Shown here in pieces: positions 25,220 to 35,320 of a stretch of 64,000 bases of DNA (its first letter is position 1; every line of letters starts with the position of its first letter). Position numbers and translations under genes: made by a program. Source of the DNA: Callorhinchus milii (lineage: Eukaryota); assembly GCF_018977255.1 (NCBI RefSeq), contig NW_024704743.1:68016001-68080000 (forward strand). The letters are read 5' to 3'. Below the pieces are notes generated by a model, which had not been told where the DNA came from, searched no databases, and worked only from the letters and a program-made list of their open reading frames with translations.

Positions 25220-27342
25220 AACATTCAGACATCAAAGGTGAAGATACTCAACTGGAAGAGGGATAATTTCAGTGAGTTAAAAAGGGACCAAGGCCAAAGT
25301 GGACTGGAAAGAAGGATTAGCATGTAAAACAGCTAACAAACAATGGGAAGCCTTCAAATAGGAGATAGTTCAGGGATGGAACACATACATTCCTGCAAAG
25401 GGGAAAGGTAGGGTTATGATAAATGTCAGGTCCAAAATACAGAAGATAATCAAATAGAATATACAAAGTATAGAGTAGAAATGAAAAAGGAAATAAGAGG
25501 GGCAAAGAAATTGTGTGAGAAAAGATTAGTGGGTAACAAAAGGGAACCCTAAGATATTTTATAAGCATATAAAGAATAAAAGGTTAGTCAAAGATAGGGT
25601 GAGTCCAATTAGTGACCAAAGAGGAAATCTTCTTGTGGAGGCAGAGGGTATGGCTGAGGTACTGAATGAGTACTTTGCATCTGTCTTCACAAAAGAGGAT
25701 GCAGCCAATGTCACAGTATCGGAGGAGAGGGTAGAGAAATTGGATAAGATTAAACCGAGAGTAGGTACTAAAAAGGTTGCCAGTGCTCAAGGTTGATAAG
25801 TCACCCAGTCCGGACGGGATGCATCCTAAGTTACTGTGGGAAGTAAGGGTGGAAATAACGGAGGCTCTAGCCACAATCTTTCAATCCTCCTTGGACACAG
25901 GGGTGGTGCCAGAGGACTATCCTGTGCATAAAGGGGCAGAAGGATAAACCTAGGAACTACAGGCCAGTCAGCCTAACATCAATAGTGGGGAAACTTCTAG
26001 AGACTATAATCCGTGACAAAATAAATTTTCGCTTAAAAAAAAATGGACTAATAAAGGACAGCCAACACAGATTTGTTAAAAGCAAATCATGTCTAACAAA
26101 CTGGATAGTTTTTTGATGAAGTAATGGAGAGGGTGGATGAAGGTAGTGTAGTTGATGTAGTTTATATGGACGTTTGATAAAGTGCCACATAAGAGACTTG
26201 TAAGCAAAATAGAAGCCCATGGTATTAAAGGGACAGTGGCAGCATGAATACACAACTGACTCGGATACAGAAAGCAGAGAGTAGTGGTGAATGGTTGTTG
26301 TTCTGACTGGAGGGAGTGTGCAGTGGTGTCCCCAGGGATCAGTATTGGGACCACTGCTGTTTCTGATCTATATAAATGACATGGACTTGGATATAGGGAG
26401 GACAATTTCCAAGTTTACAGATCATATTAAGCTAGGAAAAGTTAAGTAAACAGTGAGGAGGATAGCAGCAGACTGCAAAAGGACATAGACAGACTGGTAA
26501 AATGGGCAGATACGTGGCAGATGAAGTTTAACCAGGAGAAATGCGAAATGATGCATTTTGGGAGGAAGAGTGAGGAGAGGCAATATAAGCTGATGGTCCA
26601 ATCTTAAAGGGGTGAAGGAAGAGAGAGACCTTGGGGTTCATATAAGTAAATCTTTGAAGTGGCAGGGCAGGAATAGAGCTGGTTAAAAAGCATACAGGAT
26701 ACTAGGCTTTATAAATAGGGGCATGGAATACAAAAGTCAGGAATGATGAACCTTTATAAAACACTGGTTAGGCCTTTGCTAAAGTACTGTGTTCAGTTCT
26801 GGGCACCAAACTTTATGAAGGATGTCAAGGCATTGGAGAGAGTGCAAAGAAAATTTGCCAGGATGGTACCAGGAATGAGGGACTTCAGTTATCAGAAGCG
26901 GCTAGAGAAGCTAGGATTATTCTCCTTGGAGCAGAGAAGATTAAGAGGAGTCTCAATAGAAGTTTTCAAAATTATTAGGGGATTCAATAGGGCGAACAAG
27001 GAGAAACTATTTCCACTGGCGGGTGGGTCTGTAACCCGAGGGCATCGATTTAAAATAGCTGTTACAAGAAATAGAGGTGGGGGTGAGAAGATTTTTTTTA
27101 ATATAAATACAGCAAGTTGTTCGGATCTGGAATGCATTGGCTGAAAGGGTGGTAGAAGCCGATTCGAGATAACAGCTTTTAAGAGCTAAGTAGATAATTA
27201 TTTGGAGAGGACAAATTTGCAGGGCCATGGGGAGAGAGCAGGGCAGCGGGATTGAATTGGATAGCTCTTTTCAAAGAACCGGCACAGACACGATGGGCCA
27301 ACTGGCCTCCTTCTGTGCTGTATAATTCTACGATTCTATGAC
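25220..27342 (+). mobile_element. CR1-type LINE, 5'-truncated, multiply frameshifted RT region and intact 3' end
   Basis: MAEVLNEYFASVFT (25599-25796), aactacaggccagtcagcctaac (NYRPVSLT), gtgtcccccagggatcagt (GVPQGS), ORF 26743-27144 LYKTLVRPLLKYCVQFWAP; tail atgggcc..tggcctccttctgtgctgtataattctacgattctatg. Confidence 0.95.
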
Positions 27343-30300
27343 TGAATCTAGCTGCCTCTGTTGATGGTTAAGTGAAGGGCATAAACATGAACACTAGACT
27401 CTGTTCCTTTCTCATCTAGGTACTTCAATCCAGTTTTAAATTACTCCCCAATAAGTAGCTGAAAAGCTTTTCATAATATCTACTACAGTCTCGGTCGATT
27501 GAGTACCTCATGCACTCCTTACTAAGCTATCCTTCATTCCCAGGTTGCAGTCCACCCCTCCATTTCCCACAGACCAGTTTTATGCAGGCTCCAATTCATC
27601 TTTCAAAATCAGACTTTTACTTTACAAACCCAGCAACAGGTTAGCTGTTCAGCGATATGGTGAATCTGTGCTGGATACAGATTTGCTGCATTTACCACCT
27701 CCACTAAGACATAAAACAAATTAATTCTCCAAACAGCAACAGCAAGTTGCATTTATATAGCACCTTTCACAAACTATTATGTTCGTCCACAAAGTACAGT
27801 AACTTCACATTACAGTGTATCCTATGAAGCATTCAATGAGAAAAGCTACTAAATTCAATGTAAAGATTATTTATTATTATCATCATCAAGAGAACAAAAA
27901 ACTAGACACTAGTTCTGAATTTCTGAATAGACACTGAATTTGTATTAAACTACCATGCAATGTACTCCGTGTCTAAGGAGCTAGAAAATAAACCCTCTCC
28001 CTGACATTTTTGTTGAAAAACAGCACTGGGAACATTAATAGCTACAGAGCCTCAGAATTGGAGAATTCTCAAAATTAATCTACACAGCAAGGCAGGAGAA
28101 CATGAGTTAGACAAAGCTGGAAGTGATGTATGGAAAGGACTGCAAGAATAATTCCAGTTTTTGCCTTTGGCACCATGTCCATTAGTACTATAAATGCCAC
28201 ATGTGGATTCAGATAAAATCATGATTACAGATATTTCCAGCCAGCAAGGTTACTTATTTTGGAATTCATACAGAAATTGGGCATAACAATTTCTCAGATT
28301 AGTACAGTTTACAATGCATTAGGGTATTCACAGTGGAAGATTAATGCTGTGGTTCTGTTTCGTTGCTATTTTATATTATCTAAGCATGATTTTCTTAAGG
28401 AACAATTTATATATTTTTTAAATTGGCACTATTAACTTTTAAATTTATGTACAATAATAACAATAACAACATGGCTGCCATGTTTTGCCCACAAATATAC
28501 AGTCAACCCACTTTACAGTATATTCTGTGAAGCGCTTCAAGATGTCTCAACGACATGATAAGGCGCTATATCAAATGCAAGGATTATGATTATTATTATC
28601 ATCAACTATTGACACGTGTTCACCATTCAGGAGCTAAGGTCTAAAACGACCTTAAAGCCAACTTCCGCAGCATTCCGAAACATTGTTCACTCTCAGAAAA
28701 TTTTATTTGAATCTATGACAAACATGGTTTCTTGGACTATCCTTTCCAATTATATAGCTTCGAAAAATGGGCTTAAATGACTTCCTCCACTGAACACATC
28801 CACCACGAATTCCTGATTTAATTCAGGTGATTTGCTTGGAGACATTATCTGACTGACCGTTTGCAAAAAAAAAAAAAAAATTCAGCAGCATTTTTGTGAG
28901 TTTAAAAAAAAAGTCTTGATAGCAACTGTGAGAATAAGAGATGTGCTTCATTGCATTTACTCTGTGGGAGTGAAAGCTTGCCAGTTTGGTTCCCTGTTCA
29001 CTTTATTTCCCAGACAGAAGGCAGAGAGCAACTCTGGGGAAATGGCACAAGCCATCGCCTCTGCCACCACCGCTAAGTACAACTTCAGCACATCACAGCA
29101 ACACTTTCCTTCGCTCTCAAACTTGAAGCGCTCCCACTCAGTGGCTTCGGGGAAGAGGGAATAGCTTCTGGTTTCACGCCGTTACCAGATCGCAGTGGAA
29201 AGGAAAGGAGAGCTGCAAACCTAAGACCTCCAAACTCGCTGCATTTCACCTGGATTATCAGGCAGTTTTCTTCAACCCTTTCCTCCCCAACCGCAATGAA
29301 AACACCAATGCATTTACTGATCAAACCGGTTAGTTTAGTTTGCACATCAGAGCCGACGGCTTAACACGTTCTGATCACAAACCAACAGCAACTGAGTCAC
29401 TTATAAACGTGTTAATCCACAGTTTTGCGAGGATACAATATTGATGTCATTGCCACCGACACCAACATCCATTACCATCAACTGCTCCACCACTTCAGGC
29501 AACAAAACACTTCGAAATAGTTTATCTCAACAAACATTGATTGATGTGCAGAAGTGGATGGAACAGAAAACCCTCTGCTTGTATTTTCCAAACCTAAAAT
29601 ACATCTACATTTATATATGTACACATATATATATACACGTGTATAAAATTTCAAAAAAAAAAGTTTAAAAACTTTATTTTAAAACAAACTTTAAAACAAA
29701 AAACATTTGGATAAACAGCTTTCTGCCTGACCCACCCAGGGAGGGGATCACCCTATATTGTGGGGCTCACTATCCACTGGACCTGTGTGAGCTGTCACCC
29801 CCCCACCCCACCCCCAGGTTGTACACAGCAAGTCAGTGTGTACAGCCCTGCAACACCTTAAATTCATCATTTCATCACATGGAGACAAGTGGATTCCCCA
29901 AGTCAGGCGGGTGATGGGTGAGTCTCACTCAGCACAACTATGTGCACACATGAAACCTGCACCAAAAAAAAATACAAGTGCAAATGTAGTGGGGGAAACC
30001 CTGGTGCATCCCCCAGCACTGTCTGGCTGACTGGGAGCATATTACTATATTAGCCCAAGTGCAGCACCGCAATGAGCCGGAACGCTATTTGGTGCTAATT
30101 TGATGCACTGCATCTCCCGGAGAAGCTGCAAAAGCAGAGAGGACGTGTTTTCTAAATATACACAAGTGATAAAAGCACCAAACGCCTGCATCGATTTGCA
30201 GCCCCGATCGCTCCATTGCGTGCAGACTGTTACAGAGAGAGAGGGAGAGAGAGAGGGAAAGGGAGAGAGAAGGGGAGGGGGGGGGGGGGGGGGGAGGGAT

Positions 30301-30456
30301 TGCAGTTTCAGCACTTCATGTTGGTGGATACCGGAGAGGCTGGAAATCGTGGCCAACAAAAAAAAGCTCTCCGCGGACCTGCAGAGAAGAGGGATGGAGA
30401 GTGGGGGGAAAGCGTGATGCAGCAGCTCAGACACTGCAGACTGTACCCCTGGGCTG

Positions 30457-30934
30457 AGCCACAGCCACAGCCAGAGCCAGAGCCACAGCCACAGCCACAG
30501 CCAGAGCCAGAGCCAGAGCCACAGCCAGAGCCAGAGCCACAGCCACAGCCACAGCCAGAGCCTCAGCCACAGCCAGAGCCAGAGCCAGAGCCACAGCCAC
30601 AGCCAGAGCCACAGCCACAGCCACAGCCAGAGCCTCAGCCACAGCCACAGCCACAGCCAGAGCCACAGCCAGAGCCACAGCCAGAGCCAGAGCCACAGCC
30701 ACAGCCAGAGCCACAGCCACAGCCAGAGCCACAGCCAGAGCCAGAGCCACAGCCAGAGCCAGAGCCACAGCCAGAGCCACAGCCACAGCCAGAGCCAGAG
30801 CCACAGCCAGAGCCACAGCCACAGCCACAGCCAGAGCCAGAGCCACAGCCACAGCCAGAGCCAGAGCCAGAGCCAGAGCCACAGCCACAGCCACAGCCAC
30901 AGCCAGAGCCAGAGCCACAGCCACAGCCAGAGCC
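30457..30934. repeat. Hexamer VNTR (AGCCAC/AGCCAG, two AGCCTC variants), ~80 units, near the start of intron 1
   Basis: Direct reading; gives rise to the (PQ/PE), (WL) and (AV/AL) ORFs. Confidence 0.98.
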
Positions 30935-31016
30935 CCCACAAGCTGCTGCTGCTGCTGCTGGTGTTGGTGTTCACGGTGTAGTCGGTGTGGGCTGCACCGG
31001 GCGGTGCTGTACTCAC

Positions 31017-31110
31017 GGGAGGCTGCCAGACCCGCAAAACCACCGCCGCTGCCGCCGCCGCCGCAAATCCAGAAAAGCGCCGCTACACTGCGCAGGTGGA
31101 GCCCAAACAT
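31017..31110 (-). CDS. CNTNAP2: First coding exon (signal peptide) of a secreted/type-I membrane protein, tentatively contactin-associated protein-like 2 (Caspr2); remainder of the gene lies beyond position 1
   Basis: cggAagATG (A at -3); [31 protein letters not shown] + C, then TCCC|GTGAGT phase-1 donor. Recalled human CNTNAP2 exon 1 (MQAAPRAGCGAALLLWIVSSCLCRAWTAPSTS + C of Gln) shares AAL..WI, a similar length, terminal Ser and phase, and is followed by a huge intron, consistent with no second exon in 31 kb. The exon is better supported than the gene name. Confidence 0.6.
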
Positions 31111-31124
31111 CTTCCGGCTGACCA

Positions 31125-31200
31125 GCCCCGCACTGCAACAGCCCCGCACCGCAACAGCCCCGCACCGCAACAGCACCGCACCGCAACAGCACCGCACCGC
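31125..31200. repeat. 16-bp tandem repeat (GCMCCGCACCGCAACA x ~4.75) in the putative 5' UTR
   Basis: Units start at 31125, 31141, 31157, 31173 and 31189. Confidence 0.95.
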
Positions 31201-31626
31201 GGCTGCTCTTCCGTGTGGCGACGATCGGCGGAGAGGAGAGAAATAGATGCAAACGCCCCGTCAGTGGAGTGACAGAGAGAGACTGTGTGTGTGACTGTGT
31301 GTGTGACTGTGTGTCCGCTCCCGCTGCTGCCTCTCATCCATCTGTGTGTCTGAGTCTCTGCTCAGCTCCTGTTTTCCACACACTCTCTCCTCCTCTGATG
31401 CTGATGTTGCCGCCCACCCACATACACACACACACAGCACCAATGAACAAGCCTGAGCCGGGGGGGGGGGGGGGGGGGCTCCAGCTACAGCTCTGCTGCC
31501 CCCCCAGTCTCTGAGAGCAACTTTGCGGGTTAGGAATCTATACGCATATGTATTTATTATATACATCGGGAAGCGATGTCATCAGGAGTGATGCTGAGGG
31601 GGGGAAAGATGAAGCAAACATCCAGA

Positions 31627-31731
31627 GGAGGGGAGGGGGTGGGGAGGCGGGGGGAGGGGTGGAGGGGGGGAGGGGGGGGGGAGGGGTGGAAGGGGGGGGA
31701 GGGGGGGGAAGGGGGTGGGGTGGGAGGGGGG
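31627..31731 (+). repeat. G-rich polypurine tract (G-quadruplex-capable)
   Basis: Many runs of 3-10 G separated by 1-3 nt. Confidence 0.85.
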
Positions 31732-31856
31732 TGTGTGAAGTGAAAGGTAGCTTCTGCTTTCTGGTCCTACCTGCAGCTGCAGTTGGTATCGCCCTTCAGT
31801 CTCAAGCCTCTCGGGAGCCTAAGCTGCTAACGCACGGCCTCTGATATCCGTGTGGT

Positions 31857-32240
31857 CCTCCCCATCCCATCCCATCCCTCCCCAACTCAACCCTCCCCAT
31901 CCCAACCCTCCCCATCCCATCCCAACCCTCCCCATCCCAACCCTCCCCATCCCAACCCTCCCCATCCCATCCCAACCCTCCCCATCCCAACCCTCCCATC
32001 CCAACCCTCCCCATCCCATCCCAACCCTCCCCATCCCAACCCTCCCCATCCCAACCCTCCCCATCCCATCCCAACCCTCCCCATCCCAACCCTCCCCATC
32101 CCAACCCTCCCCATCCCAACCCTCCCCATCCCATCCCAACCCTCCCCATCCCAACCCTCCCCATCCCATCCCAACCCTCCCCATCCCAACCCTCCCCATC
32201 CCAACCCTCCCCATCCCATCCCAACCCTCCCCATCCCATC
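31857..32240. repeat. Pentamer-based minisatellite (CCCTC-CCCAT-[CCCAT]-CCCAA; 15/20-bp units)
   Basis: Direct reading; the minus strand is a continuous GGG-run array. Confidence 0.97.
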
Positions 32241-32329
32241 GCATCTGATCTGCAGTCGACTGAAATTTGACCGCAGTGTGTGCGAGTGCTACTGCATAGG
32301 CTTCAGTGCTGCTGTGACTGGAGCAGATG

Positions 32330-32668
32330 CTCACACACTCACTCACACCACACACACTCACTCACACCCGTCACACACTCACTCACACCCCACACACACC
32401 CACTCACACCCCACACACTCACTCACTCACACCCCACACACTCACTCACACCCCACACACTCACTCACTCACACCCCACACACTCACTCACTCACACCCC
32501 ACACACTCACTCACACCCCACACACTCACTCACTCACACCCCACACACTCACTCACACCCCACACACTCACTCACTCACACCCCACACACTCACTCACAC
32601 CCCACACACTCACTCACTCACACCCCACACACTCACTCACACCCCACACACACTCACTCACACCCCAC
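32330..32668. repeat. CA-rich minisatellite (cacaccccacacactcact[cact]; 18/22-bp units)
   Basis: Direct reading; alternating units give ~40-bp higher-order periodicity. Confidence 0.95.
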
Positions 32669-34984
32669 ATCCCAAGTTAAGGAAACCAAACCCAAAGCAG
32701 GAAAGTGCAGCACGAATTTTAACTGGGATTCAACCGATCTTTGCTGTGAACACACACACACACACACAACACACACACACACACACATCCCGTTCAATGA
32801 GTAGTGTAGTTTGCAGATCTGGAGAAAAAAAAACAACCCCGAAAGCTCTCGTTACTGACTGTAACGCATTTTTGCTGCAACTGCAAATACACTCTCATCT
32901 CAACACACACTCTAATTCTGTCTCTTTTTTTTTTGTTTCGAGGGGATGCAATGATCGGTTAAAAGGGTAGACGTACCACCCAGAGTAACAATAAGCAGCA
33001 GAAAAAAAGCACGAGGTAAATACGTTCTCTCTCTCTCTATATGTATATTTATATATATTAAAATGCAGATTGCGTGCAGTTTGAAACAGAAATAGAGATG
33101 CTGAGCATGTTTGATGTTTGGACACACTGACATAATATGACATAGCAGTGATGCACAATGCGGTCTGTGCTACACATTCACAACTTTCTCAGTGCACATC
33201 CTGTATAAGTAGGGACACCTTCCTTTAAAATGCTTAGCATATTGATAACAGTGCTTGTACGGTTGTTTTAAGCAACTTGTCCAAACTAATCTTTCTCCAC
33301 ATTTATACCTCTTCCTCTATTAACAAATCATACGACCAACTGAGCTGCAAATTCTGTTTTAACCTTTGGTCAGCGAGAAGGGACATCTCGTTTTGATTTT
33401 TGATGTTAATTTATTTTCACATCATCGCCCTTCTACTCGAATGCAAACAATTGTTTCGGTTTATTTTTAGGTACAAATCAAATGTCACCAAGATGCTGAC
33501 TCATTTCTTTTTATCCCATGCCTATTGGTGCTGAGAGTTAAACTGCAAGGACCAATTAAAGGGGAAATGCCTTTCTTGGTGAACGAAGTATTCCACAGGC
33601 AACTTTTTCTTTAAAAGCATAACGTTTAAAACGTCTTCAGTCCATCAAGTTCACGGTCTATAAAGACCACATGAAACACCATCCTACCGTGGACTTAACC
33701 CTTTCCATTCAATCTCCTCTATCTAGTTTCTACATAGACCTGAAACCACAAGAAAACACATCAGAATGTGTCAATCTATCTCAACCACAAAATACAACCC
33801 CTATCTTTCACAGTAAAATCCTGTGAAGTGCTTTGAGATGTCTTGATGACACGAAAAGCATTATATCAATCCCAAGGATATTATTAGTATTATAATCTCC
33901 GCATCTGCACTTCTCGAACATTCACTCACAACCTCCACAGTAGAAAGCATTGTGTCTTTTACAATTAATCTTTGTGCCTATGCCTACACTCCTCAATAAT
34001 GTTCTCAAGCAATCACTTGTACAGTTTATTTCTAAGCTGTTAAGACACAACAGGAACTGCATTTGCTTGAAGTCAGTTTTCACATATGCAACAACAACAA
34101 CTTGGATTTATATTGGATTTATATTGCATCCTCCACGCCGGGTGGCGTCTCAGAGTGCTTTACAGTAACGGATCCCGGGACCGAGCCAGATTAATATGTA
34201 TTAATCTGTAGGTGTGTGATAGGAGAATACTTGGACTAATTTGAGACTTTAATTTTAAGCTTTGTTCTAATAATCAAGTTGAATAGTCTTCTAACCATTA
34301 CATAGTTCATGCCTCTCAGGATTCTAAAGACCTGCATCATGTCCCCTTGAATATATTTTCCAAGTCTAATAATATATAAGTCTCTCAACATAAATCCTAG
34401 AATATCCTTATTCTCTTGTCAATTCTTCAAGGTCAATTTTTAAACTCCAGCAGTACCCCACCGCACATCCTGGGGTTCCCAATCCTTGGTTCTCACCAAC
34501 CTGCACTTAATACTTTCTGGAATTAGGAAAACAGAGTGCATCCCTCCCAAGGAATTCCATTCTAAGCACAAGGAAATTTCCATAAGTGGCATACATACGA
34601 ATATGGAATGCTCTCTGGTTTAGATATCTTAAGCATGATGATATGCTTCCAAATGTTTCAGACGCCCATCTGACCAAAATCAGATTGTTTTGGGACTTGA
34701 AAAATAATATAGTCTCATAGGAACTCTGCTGTGAAAGTAGATCCCATGGGATCAGAATTTCCATGGGTCATCATGTTACACTTTCAGTTAACATAAGAAG
34801 TCCCCATTTGCATTAATCAGATTGCTTATTAAGAAACCTCATTAAGAAATAGCCCCAAATTAGCTCCCATTATTCTAAATGTGGCCTTGGCAGTGATCTG
34901 TACAAGGTTGGAATACTGTAACATTGATCAACTTATAGTATGCCCTCAAATCGCAATCTATCATTCAAGTTACAACCTGAGATG

Positions 34985-35320
34985 TTACCTTGGTTCAGTC
35001 AATCGGGCCTATCTTCTTGGAGTAGGAAGTTTTGGGGTTTAAACCCACTTGAGAACTTCAACCTTGTACTCTTGGTTGATACTCCAAGACAGTCCTGGGA
35101 GAGCGCTGCATTGTTCATGGTGCTGTCCTTCAGATGATCTTTAAACTAAAAAGTGCTGTCTGCTTGTTCACATGGACATTAAAGAACCAATAGAACTAAA
35201 GAGAGTTTCTCCTGTTGTCCTGACCAACAATCCCCAAGACAAAATTAGTCAGTCACTTCATATCTGTTTGTTGAATATTGCTATGTGCAAATTAGCTGCC
35301 ATGATTGCTTACACACATTA
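34985..35320 (+). mobile_element. Deu-domain SINE, diverged
   Basis: cttggttcagtc head, gatactcca, gtcctgaccaacaatcccc. Confidence 0.7.

Larger units (their letters stand above)
30960..31330 (-). promoter_or_regulatory. CpG island / putative promoter and 5' UTR of the minus-strand gene
   Basis: Dense CpG (gccgccgccg, cggcgg, ccgcgg) in an otherwise CpG-depleted window; surrounds the ATG exon; TSS not locatable from sequence. Confidence 0.75.

Noticed and set aside
30307..30332. Possible REST/RE1 site (TTCAGCAC..GGATAC)
   Set aside because: Both half-sites are imperfect and the spacing is non-canonical
30045..31121. Long ORFs encoding (WL)n (30045-31043, -) and procyclin/TonB-like (PE/PQ)n (30216-31121, +)
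   Set aside because: They arise only because the hexamer array has no stops; non-ATG starts, and no domain outside the repeat
30457..32668. CRISPR-like or coded array interpretation of the tandem repeats
   Set aside because: No unique spacers, eukaryotic context; patterns fit replication slippage
31802..32970. Multiple 115-372 aa ORFs (GWDGE, PIPTL, HTHS repeats)
   Set aside because: Translations of the two minisatellites
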